DNA of 64,000 nucleotides from Centroscyllium fabricii. Taxonomy: Eukaryota. A program made the position numbers and the translations under genes. Within the stretch, counting starts at the first letter, position 1, and each line of letters opens with the position of its first letter. Shown here in pieces: positions 38,258 to 52,923 of this stretch. The stretch spans positions 352,408,001 through 352,472,000 of the forward strand of contig JBNRSN020000004.1 in assembly GCA_051313645.2 (NCBI GenBank). Direction: 5' to 3'. Under the pieces are notes generated by a model. It was not told the origin of the DNA. It did not search any database and was given only the letters and a program-made list of their open reading frames with translations.

Positions 38258-38867
38258 TAAACCTTTATTTAACACCAGAAGCAGATGAAAATTTGCACAT
38301 TTTGTTTTAACTTTTGGTTATTGGGTTTCTTCCCCTTTTTCATCCCTCTGAGTCTCCCGCTGACCGACCCTACATTTATTCTGACCAAGAGGTTAAGCCT
38401 GGAGACTCCTCTTTTCCCCCCCCCCCACCCCCAGAAGTCTGCTCCAGTGCTGTTTTATATCCGGCCAATAGGAGGCGCCCAGGTGGTTCAAGCAGAATTG
38501 GTAACACCATGAAGCAACATATTTGAGTTCAAGAACAGTGTGGGTAAATTATAGATGCAAGCTTGCCTGCTGTGGTGACATGTTGGAATTCCATTGTGCT
38601 GCTTTAATCTTATTTATAGATTGTCCTCTCCACCAAACTCCTCATAAAATTGTGGGTTTTCTTTTCTCTGTCGAAGCTTTTTCTTCCCTTCCTACATTAA
38701 AAGCACTAAATGAATGCAAGTTGTAGCTGATCAGTAACTATTAAGAATTGTGCGGGTGCAACCTGAGTTGATTTCTCTTTTTTTTTTCTCTCCCTCTGGG
38801 GAACTACCTTGCTGTGTCCTTTTTGTGTCTTACCCCAATGATTTAGCTAAGATCACACGTTCACTAA

Positions 38868-39244
38868 GGGCGGCACGGTGGCACAGTGGTTAGCACTGTT
38901 GCCTCACAGCTCTGGAGACCCGGGTTCAAATCCGGCCTCGGGTACTATCTGTGTGGAGTTTGCACATTCTCCCCGTGTCTGCGTGGGTTTCCTCCGGGTG
39001 CTCCGGTTTCCTCCCACAGTCCAAAGATGTGCGGGTTAGGTTGATTGGCCAGGATAAATTGACCCTTAGTGTTAGGGGGATTGAATATGTGGGGTTACGG
39101 GGATAGGGTGGGATAGGCTTGATAGGGATATGTGGGGAGGGCAGGGACGTGGTGCTGGGTTTGGATGACCAGCCATGATCTCATTGAATGGCGGAGCAGG
39201 CTCGAAGGGCCTACTCCTGCTCCTATCTTCTATGTTTCTATGTT
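38868..39244 (+). mobile_element. HE1-like V-SINE
   Basis: Starts GGGCGGCACGGTGGCACAGTGG; GTTCACT repeated at both flanks. Confidence 0.9.
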
Positions 39245-39326
39245 CACTTTAAGAATCACAGCTATAATCCAATGTTTTACCATTATTTGGAAGAGTGCCT
39301 TGGTTCAGTATTGGATGCTTGAATAT

Positions 39327-39536
39327 GAAAGAAAGGCTTGCATTTATATAGCGCCCTTCATGACCACCGGACACCCCAAAGCTCTTTGCAGCCATTGAAG
39401 TACTTTTTGAAGTGTCGTCACTGATGAAACGCGGCAGGCAATTTGCACGCAGCAAGCTCCCACAAACAGCAATGTGATAATGGCCAGATGATCTGTTTTT
39501 GTGATGTTGATTGAGAGATAAATATTGGCCAGGACA
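39327..39536 (-). mobile_element. SacSINE/Deu-like SINE 3' part
   Basis: AAAGAAAGGCTTGCATTTATATAGCGCC... tail type; family name from recall. Confidence 0.55.
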
Positions 39537-39657
39537 TGTACAATATGCACACAATAAGAACATAAGAAATAGGAGCTTGAGTCGGCCATTTGAGCCTGCT
39601 CCGCCATTTCTCAAGATCATGGCTGATCTTCCACCTCAACTCCACCTTCCTGCACTA

Positions 39658-39941
39658 CAGGTTGAGCACCGGTAATCCGGCACCCTCGTGACCAGGCCGC
39701 TGCCGGACCACTGAAAATTCCGAACTACTGAAGGTTCGGGGGAGCGCGCGGTAGAACACTCCCCGGGGCCCGGAGCACGTGGGTAGAACACTTAAAAGCC
39801 TTAATAAAAAATTTTAAATAAAAATTTAAACGCCCAGCGCCTTTGGCGCTCGCCCACCCTTCGTGGGAAACGGTGGCACCGCCGAGAAGCTGCTCCAAAG
39901 ACCGCCGGTTTTGATTCGTGCCGGACCATCGGGTGCCGGAT
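39658..39941. mobile_element. Type D MITE with truncated right TIR, inside a CR1 3' fragment (about 39556-40160)
   Basis: Left TA+CAGGTTGAGCACCG present; right end stops at GGGTGCCGGAT. Confidence 0.8.
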
Positions 39942-40626
39942 ATCCCTTAATTCCCTTCGTTCCCAAAAATTTATTGACCTCTGTCTTGAATATCCTCAAT
40001 GACTGAGCATCCCCAGCTCTCTGGGATAGAGCATTGCAAAGATTCACAACCCTTTGAGTGAAGAAATTTCTCCTCTCGGTCCTAAATGGTCAACCCCTTA
40101 TTCTGTGACTGTGACCTCGTGTTCTAGATTCCCCAGCCAGGTGAAACAATTTCCCAGCACTAACACGTCAAGCATGACCTGTTTATATATGTAACCCTTT
40201 TTACGATTGGCCCCCCCCCCTCTCCTTTACTGAGAGTGGGAGGGTAGGTTAATACCAATTACCCCGTAGGTTCTGAACGTACCCCACGTGTAGAATTCTG
40301 TGACCTCCACCCAAATGTAACCCTTTTAACTTGAGAGAGATGAATCAGAGACCAGATTAATATTTACAAACTTTAATAACAGGGATGGGAGATAGAGTTT
40401 AAATACAAACAGTGTTAAACAACTAGCAACTAGATACACAAATAGAAAGCAGCGTTAATGTCATGCAACAAATCATTTACACTCATTCAATTCACAGACA
40501 CTCCCAAGAACACACTTCAATCAGCAATTTACAATGGCAAGGCACTCACTTTAGCACCCTTACAGAACACATTTCAACTGGACATTTACAATGGCAAGGC
40601 ATCCACTTTAGCACCCTTACACCTTG

Positions 40627-41382
40627 TTCCCCAAGCCCTTTTCTCAGAAGTACTACTCACGACTGTCCGAATAGGGCTTGACAATGAGGACCGTACACTA
40701 CAGTCTCCTCATCCCAAGGGAGACAACGACGGCTCTTGGAACTGCCTCTCAGTCCTTTTAACACGAAAGCTTCCAGCATCTTCCAGCAGTGGGCGTCGCA
40801 CACAGCTCTCCACCCTCTGTTTCCTGCAACCTCGTCTTCCCCAAGCCCTTCTCTCAGCAGCCACTACTCACGACTGTCCGAATAGGGCTTGACAATGAGT
40901 ACCGTACACTACAGCCTACTCATCCCAAGGGAAACAACGACGGCTCTTGGAACTGCCTCTCAGTCCTTTTAACACGAAAGCCTCCAGCATCTTCCAGCAG
41001 TGGGCGTCGCACACAGCTCTCCACCCTCTGCTTCCTGCGACCTCGTCTTCCCCAAGCCCTTCTCTCAGTAGTCACTACTCACGACTGTCCGAATAGGGCT
41101 TGACAATGAGTACCGTACACTACAGCCTACTCATCCCAAGGGAAACAACGACGGCTCTTGGAACTGCCTCTCAGTCCTTTTAACACGAAAGCCTCCAGCA
41201 TCTTCCAGCAGTGGGCGTCGAACACACTTCTCCACCCTCTGCTTCCTGCAACCTCGTCTTCCCCAAGCCCTTCTCTCAGTAGTTACTACTCACGACTGTC
41301 CAAATAGGGCTTGACAATGAGGACCGTACACTACAGCCTCCTCATCCCCAGGGAGATAACGACGGCTCTTGGAACTGCCTCT
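40627..41382. repeat. 211-bp tandem repeat, about 3.6 units, within the LTR (also about 42475-43230)
   Basis: Repeated ORF ends at 40681, 40892 and 41103 give a period of 211. Confidence 0.9.
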
Positions 41383-42018
41383 CTCGTGGCTTCTCTGGAT
41401 CTTTCCCGGATCTTCTCAATCTGACCTCCTTCTGGATCTTCCCCGGATCTTCTCAATCTAACCTCCTGCTCAATCTTCTCTCTTCCTCCTGCGCTCTATC
41501 TTTCCTCCTTCCTCCTGCGCTCTATCTTCCTTCTTCCTCCTGCGCTCTATCTTTCCTTCTGTCTCTAGGCGTGTCCAGCCTTTTATCCTGTCCTGGCTCC
41601 ACCCTCCAGTAACTCACCCCACTTTTAGCCAGCCTATCGCAAAGCAATCACACAGCCCCCACCTGCAAGACTCCTTGTTTTTCCAGACTGGCCGGAGCCG
41701 AGTGCTGGTTTCCATGGCAGCCCAGCCTGTCTGCAACATTGTTCATACTCACACCTGGACAACAACCCCCTTGTGATCAAACTTCCAGACAAACTGGCAC
41801 CGAAGAAGTCACCTGACCTCAGACCACTGGATCCCTAGACTTTTAACCCTTTAGGGAGATTCTCCCTGACTCTGGGTTTCAGACCCAGGTTACACTCCCC
41901 CCTTACCAAACCTAGTCATGTCCTCATGACTACACCACAAAGTAACCGTGCTCACGTCCATCTCTCTCTCGGCAACAGTGGGTTCACTCCACTAGTGTAT
42001 GAAACTGGAAGTCACAGT

Positions 42019-42036
42019 ATCCCGGACGAGCCCCCA
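42019..42036 (-). promoter_or_regulatory. Primer binding site, tRNA-Pro
   Basis: TGGGGGCTCGTCCGGGAT, 2 nt after the 5' LTR; same 18-mer as the MLV-type Pro PBS. Confidence 0.92.
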
Positions 42037-43837
42037 AATGTAACCCTTTTTACGATTGGCCCCCCCCCTCTCCTTTACTGAGAATGGGAGGGTAGGTTAA
42101 TACCAATTACCCCGTAGGTTCTGAACGTACCCCACGTGTAGAATTCTGTGACCTCCACCCAAATGTAACCCTTTTAACTTGAGAGAGATGAATCAGAGAC
42201 CAGATTAATATTTACAAACTTTAATAACAGGGATGGGAGATAGAGTTTAAATACAAACAGTGTTAAACAACTAGCAACTAGATACACAAATAGAAAGCAG
42301 CGTTAATGTCATGCAACAAATCATTTACACTCATTCAATTCACAGACACTCCCAAGAACACACTTCAATCAGCAATTTACAATGGCAAGGCACTCACTTT
42401 AGCACCCTTACAGAACACATTTCAACTGGACATTTACAATGGCAAGGCATCCACTTTAGCACCCTTACACCTTGTTCCCCAAGCCCTTTTCTCAGAAGTA
42501 CTACTCACGACTGTCCGAATAGGGCTTGACAATGAGGACCGTACACTACAGTCTCCTCATCCCAAGGGAGACAACGACGGCTCTTGGAACTGCCTCTCAG
42601 TCCTTTTAACACGAAAGCTTCCAGCATCTTCCAGCAGTGGGCGTCGCACACAGCTCTCCACCCTCTGTTTCCTGCAACCTCGTCTTCCCCAAGCCCTTCT
42701 CTCAGCAGCCACTACTCACGACTGTCCGAATAGGGCTTGACAATGAGTACCGTACACTACAGCCTACTCATCCCAAGGGAAACAACGACGGCTCTTGGAA
42801 CTGCCTCTCAGTCCTTTTAACACGAAAGCCTCCAGCATCTTCCAGCAGTGGGCGTCGCACACAGCTCTCCACCCTCTGCTTCCTGCGACCTCGTCTTCCC
42901 CAAGCCCTTCTCTCAGTAGTCACTACTCACGACTGTCCGAATAGGGCTTGACAATGAGTACCGTACACTACAGCCTACTCATCCCAAGGGAAACAACGAC
43001 GGCTCTTGGAACTGCCTCTCAGTCCTTTTAACACGAAAGCCTCCAGCATCTTCCAGCAGTGGGCGTCGAACACACTTCTCCACCCTCTGCTTCCTGCAAC
43101 CTCGTCTTCCCCAAGCCCTTCTCTCAGTAGTTACTACTCACGACTGTCCAAATAGGGCTTGACAATGAGGACCGTACACTACAGCCTCCTCATCCCCAGG
43201 GAGATAACGACGGCTCTTGGAACTGCCTCTCTCGTGGCTTCTCTGGATCTTTCCCGGATCTTCTCAATCTGACCTCCTTCTGGATCTTCCCCGGATCTTC
43301 TCAATCTAACCTCCTGCTCAATCTTCTCTCTTCCTCCTGCGCTCTATCTTTCCTCCTTCCTCCTGCGCTCTATCTTCCTTCTTCCTCCTGCGCTCTATCT
43401 TTCCTTCTGTCTCTAGGCGTGTCCAGCCTTTTATCCTGTCCTGGCTCCACCCTCCAGTAACTCACCCCACTTTTAGCCAGCCTATCGCAAAGCAATCACA
43501 CAGCCCCCACCTGCAAGACTCCTTGTTTTTCCAGACTGGCCGGAGTCGAGTGCTGGTTTCCATGGCAGCCCAGCCTGTCTGCAACATTGTTCATACTCAC
43601 ACCTGGACAGCAACCCCCTTGTGATCAAACTTCCAGACAAACTGGCACCGAAGAAGTCACCTGACCTCAGACCACTGGATCCCTAGACTTTTAACCCTTT
43701 AGGGAGATTCTCCCTGACTCTGGGTTTCAGACCCAGGTTACATATACAATGCTGTAACTTTAGCATTTTATGTTTTAATTTTAGCAGACACTTTTTCATC
43801 AAAATGCAGTAACCGTAAGCAGTAATATTTCAGTATA

Positions 43838-44743
<906 letters not shown>

Positions 44744-45887
44744 TGAACCTTAGAATTTGATTTATATTCATTAGATAATGAGAACTTTTAACCTGAGTGT
44801 TTTGTAGTTTAGCAATTATTTGCATTTAACAGTGATGCTTTGAGAATTAATTTTCTGATTTCTTACCATGTCACGTTACTAAGGAAAACCAAATTTTAAA
44901 ATTGAAACATTTATAGATGTAATGGTTTTTGGGAAGATAAATGGTTAAGCTGGGTGAGCAATTGGTTTTCCTGTTAAATTGTTAAATCAGTGACCAGGAA
45001 TTGATGCATGCGCTGTGTACACGCTGTATCACATCTGTACTTGCATCTGTCTTAATGAGTCAGTTATGCCTCGCATTTTGTGTCAAGCCAATACAGAATC
45101 TGCAGCATAGCTTTGGGGGATTCAACTTAGACTTTTTTTTAATGTAAAGGAGGTATTCTTGCACTGTAATGGGTACATAACACACTTGTACTGGCTAGGA
45201 TCATCTCAATCTTTAACTTTTTTTGAGTGTCAAAAAGCCAATTGTCTCACTGGCTCTTTGCTAACACTAAAAGTTTTATCGGTACTTGGATGCTGGTGCA
45301 CCGGGCTCTCCATACATGGAATTTTGAATTGTCTGTGGAAGTTGAACTACATCCACTGAGTATGGAAGGCTATACCCAAGGTTGGTACATTCGTGTTTTT
45401 CCTGTTGTATTCTTCACTAGTTCTTGAACTCCACTGCAGTCTTGATGATGTAGATGAGCAGCTCAGTAGGTCTTTTTTTAAACAAAATAAAGTTCCATTC
45501 TGTAGATATTTTATCTTTATGAAAATGATAAAATTACTAGCACAGAAACAAACACCCTGTGTATTTATAAATTGTTTATTTTGTCAGTTTTAATAGTTTG
45601 GGTACAGTGTCAGCATTTGAAATGTGTTTTCTTCTCCACAGTGTGGTTTATGCTATTAGCTCTAGTTATCGTTATTTTTAAAAAGGTTTTGAGTATTTTC
45701 TGTCACTTTTTCTTTTGCCACCCAAGAAAGACTATATTTTTGCAAGATACTGAAGGGGCAGGAAGCTCTTGCCTAGACCTTTTCAGTGCCACAGCCGCAT
45801 TCTTCTATGATCTGTAAAGGATTAGGCTCTGTTGAGTCGTAAAATGTATCCTTGGTTGGCTTCCTGTGTATTTGCACAGATGTGTGA

Positions 45888-47107
<1,220 letters not shown>

Positions 47108-47203
47108 ATGATGACTGAGCGAACCCCTCAGTATATTTTAGAACATTTTCCACTACAAAACTGACCTTTGAAGGCGAGCAGAGTTGGGAAACCTTGAATT
47201 TAA

Positions 47204-47402
47204 AACATAGAAACATAGAATATAGGAGCAAGAGTAGGCCATTCGGCCCCTCGAACCTGCTCTGCCATTCAATGAGATCATGGCTGATCATCCAAACCCA
47301 GCACCCTGTCCCTGCTTTCTCCCCATATCCCTTGATCCCTTTAGCCTTAAGGAATATATCCAACTCCTTCTTGAATATATTTAATGAACTGGCCTGCACC
47401 GC
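47204..47402 (-). mobile_element. CR1 3' tail
   Basis: Homologous to 13501-13700. Confidence 0.8.
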
Positions 47403-47489
47403 CCTCTCTTTCAGAATTTGATTCCCATTATAATCCTGAATTCATAAATTAGTTGCAGTAATCCACCAAGTGTACAGAAGGATATGGAA

Positions 47490-47738
47490 GTCCAAAGATG
47501 TGCGGGTTAAGTTGATTGGCCATGATAAATTGACCCTTAGTGTTAGGGGGATTAAATATGTGGGGTTACGGGGATAGGGTGGGATATGTGTCGGTGCAGG
47601 CTCGATAGGGATCGAGGGATATGGGGAGAGGGCAGGGACAGGGTACTGGGTTTGGATGATCAGCCATGATCTCATTTAACGGCGCGAAGGGCCGAATGGC
47701 CTACTCCTGCTCCTATCTTCTATGTCTATGTTTCTATG
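47490..47738 (+). mobile_element. 5'-truncated HE1-like SINE
   Basis: 3' half of the SINE. Confidence 0.85.
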
Positions 47739-49153
47739 AAGTTTGATTTTGAGTGTCATGAAAGACATGCATCTTTCTAAAGCTACAAGCATCAGTACTG
47801 AAAGAGTTAAGCTTCCTCCGCAGTTATTGGATGGTGTAGTTTAAAGACAAATTGGAAATGTACACTTGTATGGAAAGTGGAAAGCTACAGTAAATCTGTC
47901 AGAATGGAGAGTGAATGGCAGAACAGTTATCCCAAGTCAGGTTAATTATCCCAAGTTAAAACAAAGCAAATTGAAGTTGTTAAAAACAATATTTGTACAA
48001 CATAGGGTGCATGTTTCAACAATTGTGCAATTAATTAATTTACATTAATGTTACAAGCCTAGATCTATAGTGTATTTTCCATTTGTCAGCTTTAGGATTA
48101 TACCCATCATGTTTCCTTTAGACTGCAGCACAAAATTATTTGCTGCTTTTAAAAAGTAATGTCATTCAGATCAGTGTGTTCCCCTTACGTTGATAGCCAC
48201 CAGCAATCCTTTTAGTTGAAATGAGAGCGAACCTTGACCATTACGTTTCTAAATTCAACATCTGCGGCAGTGCACGAAGATGTAAAATAGAATACAATTG
48301 CCTCCTCGGAGAAGAACAAACATGAGAGACAATCGTCCTGGGTTCCTCTTGCCCCTCTGTTCCATTTTGCAGTGAGTTGGGAGCACAGTTGTAGGTGCTG
48401 TGTGGGATCCATGGAGCCCAGAGAAGAAAAAATTAGATGGGAAAATGCTTTTTTTGAACCCTTTTTCCACCTCTCTTTACATCCCTTTCCATTCTCTGGC
48501 CAGGTGTGTGGGTAGATGACCCGCTTCCAATCTCTAGAAATGTCAATTTGTGATTACCACTTGGAGCTGTGTGAAAGCAATCTAAGTTGTTTCACTGGAG
48601 TGTATAAAGCTTCTCCCGGCTATTCCAGCTGGGACGAATAACTTGGGAGTTGTGGGCAATATTTATTAAGGGCTGCATTGTGTTGCAGTTTCATTTCAGT
48701 TCAACCCCGTGCACAATTGTAAGTGTGGATGTGCACAATAGTAAATATATAAACTGGAAGATATCCTACTTAAAATATTCATTTTTTAAATAGATTTTGT
48801 ATCCCTGATGTAAAAGACTTTGTGAAAAATAGAATGAAACACAAATGTTGCACTTTGTCAAATTAGACTCAAAAGCTTTTAAAATGAATCCACTCTAATC
48901 TTACCTAAACCTCATAACAGTCGGCTAAAAGGGATTTTACTTGTGGAATTCCAGTGTGCTCCCACTCCACCACCAGCACAAAAGACAACCCTTGGCTCCT
49001 TAATGAACAAGAAGTGAATTTTGTTTCCCTTTATGTCTGTAATGAATTGCTATCTCTGAACTAACTATTACAGAAATCGCAGCTGCTGGACGTAATTCAT
49101 AGTCTGATTTGAGTCAGAAGCCTTACCTGTTTCTTTGTCCCAAAAATGTATTA

Positions 49154-49694
49154 CAGGTCCGACACCGATAATCCGGCACCGGCGGGACCAAGCCGATGCC
49201 GGACTAGTGAAAAATCCGAACGATTGATGCTTTGGCGAGCGCATGCACAGACCATTGAAAATGGCTGCCGCGAAGGCCGGCGGCCATTTTGAATGGTCTG
49301 CGCATGCAGTTGGGGAGAGGCCCGGGCATGCGCAGCCAAGCGGGGTGGCCATTTTGCGCATGCGCAGACCAGTCGGGGAGAGGCCCGGGCATGCGCAGCC
49401 AAGCGCGGTGGCCATTTTGCGCGTGCGCAGACCAGTCGAGCAGAGGCCCGGGCATGCGCAGCCAAGCGCGGTGGCTATTTTGCGTGTGCGCAGACCAGTC
49501 GAGCAGGAGCCCGGGCATGCGCAGCCAAGCGGGGTGGCCATTTTGCGCGTGCGCAGACCAGTCGGGGAGAGGCCCGGGCATGCGCAGACAAGCGCGGTGG
49601 CCATTTTACGCATGCGCAGACCAGTCAGCCGGATTCGTTCTGGACGACTGAAGTTTCCGGCTTACCGGTGTCCCGATTAACGGTGCCGGACCTG
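49154..49694. mobile_element. Type B MITE with a 60-bp internal repeat, about 5 units
   Basis: TA TSD and TIRs; unit GGGGAGAGGCCCGGGCATGCGCAGCCAAGCG...GCAGACCAGTC. Confidence 0.9.
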
Positions 49695-49931
49695 TATTTG
49701 CAGCAAAGTTTGTAAATCAATATGAAACTATTATGGTTATTTTTAATTTAGGACGGTTAAAGTGTAAATGCTTTACCATGTCGCAGGTTTAATCATTATT
49801 GAACACAGCTGTGATCTTGCCTTGACTTTGGGTAAAATGCGTGTTGCTGTAATGCTGCTAAGTACACTGAGCTCTGAATGTTTTGCACATCTAAAATATT
49901 GAAGCACAAGATGCATCCAGCCACACGCTGA

Positions 49932-50159
<228 letters not shown>

Positions 50160-52130
50160 TCGGAGAATTTAACGGGTTTGAGCAATTAAACAAAGACTGG
50201 AAAAGTCAGAGAAAAGTATTTTAGTATATGTGAAACACGCTGTTTACCGTGAAATATGCATGAAGTTAAGTTAAAAGAAAAATGTTTCTTCTCGTAGGAA
50301 TATGAGTCACTGTAAATATATTGATTTTGTTTTTTCCAAATGTTTTCTTCATACTTTCACTGTAGTTTTGTTGAATTGTTTTAACTGCTAAGACTGCACA
50401 CAAACTGTTTATTGAAAAAAAAAAAGTTATTTTTAAGACCTTGTAAACGATGGTGTTTCTGTAGAAGAATTTTGGCTGCAAATCTGCAAAATGCACCTTT
50501 TGTTTTTGTGCAGGCTTAGCCCATCCTTGTCTCTCTAACAATGGCCGAGGTAAAATGATGTTTATATTCACATTTTCCTAGGTGTGTGTGCGCAGGCCAG
50601 CATGCCCTTGGTGTACTGAGTGCCGAAGGGGTCTGTCCCTACCTGTGCCTGCTCGCAGGGATGGTCACATCATTTAAAGCAGGTTGTGTACCACTTTCAG
50701 TACACTGAAGGTAAGCTAAACCATCAACATTACTGGTGTACTAGCATTCATTGTCACAGATAAGCACAGCTCATGAATGAGGAGTATTGGCATCATGGCA
50801 GAATGCCTTGCATGCTGGCGAATGTGATAAGATATTAACTAGCTTGTGAATTTGCTAATGTACTGCTGAAACTATGCCAATTTATAGACTTCAGTGCGGG
50901 GAAGCTTGATGAGTATAGCACCTTCAGTGTACTGTTCATTACCATTTGAAGTTGTTATAGAATTGTGGTAGAAATTTGTCAATGCCATAAAATTCTGTTT
51001 CTTAGTAAATCTGTACCTATAGTCCATTAATAAACAGAAGCAGTTTCATTTAGTCATTAAAATGGAAAAAGATTGGGATTTTATATTTCTTTGTAGATGT
51101 CTAAAATATGACTTTCTGAATTTTTAAAAAATTAAAATTAAGATTGTTTTACAGTAAGAATTTCCTTTGCTACGTTATGTGCATTGGTTTCATTATTTGT
51201 GATCATGTTGTGTCTCAATACAGGCAAACATAACCTTCCACTCTTGAGCAAAGCAGCTGCTTTTTAAAGCGGTAATTGCTTCTTTACCTTTTTTCTTTTG
51301 TACATTTAATTTGGTTTTTTAGTTTTCCTTTGTTTAAGATGAGTTGTGATGACTTTGAATTGTAGTTCTGTACTTAGCCCCTTCACTGGCAAAAGCTACC
51401 ATTTTGATTTCAGCCTGAAAAAAGGATCTATTAAACCCCTCCAGTTTCTGAGTGCAGAGCAGCCTTTTTTTTTGATTCAGTAAACCTTTTGCACCCGTGT
51501 GCAAATAATCCATGCATTAAATGGGCATAACTGTTTTGATAGCGACTTGTTGAAATAACCGACAAAGAACGGTCGCATTCAGAGACTAGCTGATCAGAAC
51601 TCAGCGATGCACTGAGGCCTGCAGACTCGCAGCTGGCCAGTGAAGGAGTTAAAATAATTGCACAATGCCTTTGCTTATATATAAAGGTAAGTTGGGGCAT
51701 TTTGTCAGACAGCAACACACTCTTCCTGCTTCTAAAGTTACCCTTGCAGAAATACCGGAGGATTTTGGTATGCATTATAGATACATTGGTGCACAAAGTA
51801 TTCGTTTTTGGACAAACATTTATTATAGCTGGTTTCACAGTGGTCCCACGTGCAGTCAAGTCTCTGTACAGCCATAAAACTACAGTGGTGACTTGCTGAT
51901 CTGATCTTTTTATTTTGTTATCCCAATTGTCTTGGTATGAAATGTTTAACGAGCGTCATTTTCTATGTAAATGTGACATTTTTATCCAACAACCTTTTGT
52001 ACAAAGTAAAAAAAAAAGTAAGATTATCAAGTCACAAATCAATGCACTCAACGTAAATTGCCTTTAGTTGCTGTAAGCCTTTCACTTACTATTTCAAAAA
52101 AAATAAAAACTGGTAAAAATGATTTATGCA
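50160..52130 (+). other. PRPF4B: PRPF4B 3'UTR (end approximate)
   Basis: TE-free AU-rich sequence after the stop codon; AATAAA near 51029, 52102 and 52559. Confidence 0.6.
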
Positions 52131-52674
52131 AAGGACTAGTTGATCAGTTTCCCAGTGTCTCTTTTCAACATCAGTTTAGTTAATGTTTTAACTTGCTGTG
52201 AAAGTACCTTTTTAAAAGGTGATGTTACTTATTGGAAATGAGTGTCTCAGAATAAGTTAAAGGTCACCACAATTCACAAAGCTGTTTGGAAGTCTGATCC
52301 AGTTACCCTGTTACTGTAAAATGACTAATGTTTTGTACTGTTTTCTTACTTCCCTTCGCTGGTGCTGAGAGAGAAAGAGAAGCACGTTATGTTGCTATGC
52401 TGGGAGGCAACAGGCCACGTCGCCTATTCCATGGGCCTGCTTTGAATGAGACACCTTCTCCTTCACCTTCTCCACAAGGTCATTTCTGACGGCATGCCTA
52501 GATAAGCATTTCATACCAGATGAAAAGTGCATTTCTTGCAACTGTTATCTTTTAAGAAAATAAAACACTTTTCTTTGAATAGCTGACACTTCTAAGGATT
52601 CTTTGCTTTGCTCCAGTTGAATTGTGATGAATGTAAAGTTTTTAAATTAAGTTTGAGAGCTTCAGACTTGACGT

Positions 52675-52923
52675 ACAAAAGCGAAATACTGCGGCTGCTA
52701 GAAATCTGAAATAAAAACAAAATGCTGGAACTACTCAGCGGGCCAGGCAGCATCTGTGGAGAGAGAGAGAGAGAGGAACAGTTAACGTTTCAGGTCGATG
52801 ACCTTTCGTCAGAACCAGATGCAAGGTCATTGACCTGAAACGTTAACTCTGTTTCTCTCTCTCTCTCCACAGATGCTGCCTGGCCTGCTGAGTATTTCCA
52901 GCGTTTTCTGTTTTTATTTCAGA
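52675..52923. mobile_element. Penelope-like inverted pLTR pair
   Basis: Inverted arms of about 100 bp; TTCAGACTTG repeated at the flanks. Confidence 0.78.
52781..52815 (-). ncRNA. Minimal type I hammerhead ribozyme
   Basis: GTT-CTGACGA-A-AGGTC/GACCT-GAA-ACGT-T-AAC. Confidence 0.7.

Larger units (their letters stand above)
40190..43742 (-). mobile_element. Young non-autonomous LTR retroelement: two 1.7-kb LTRs and a 144-bp internal region
   Basis: LTRs 40190-41894 and 42039-43742 (TGTAAC...GTTACA); TATA TSD; tRNA-Pro PBS; PPT at 41895-41907. Confidence 0.93.

Noticed and set aside
38868-38945. tRNA gene
   Set aside because: tRNA-derived SINE head running into the V core; the same applies to all copies.
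40458-41103. ORFs inside the LTRs
   Set aside because: Antisense to the element, derived from the 211-bp repeats, and with no recognisable domain.
40190-43742. Assembly duplication explaining the 1.85-kb repeat
   Set aside because: The unique spacer with PBS and PPT, the TSD, and a few differences between copies show a real LTR pair.
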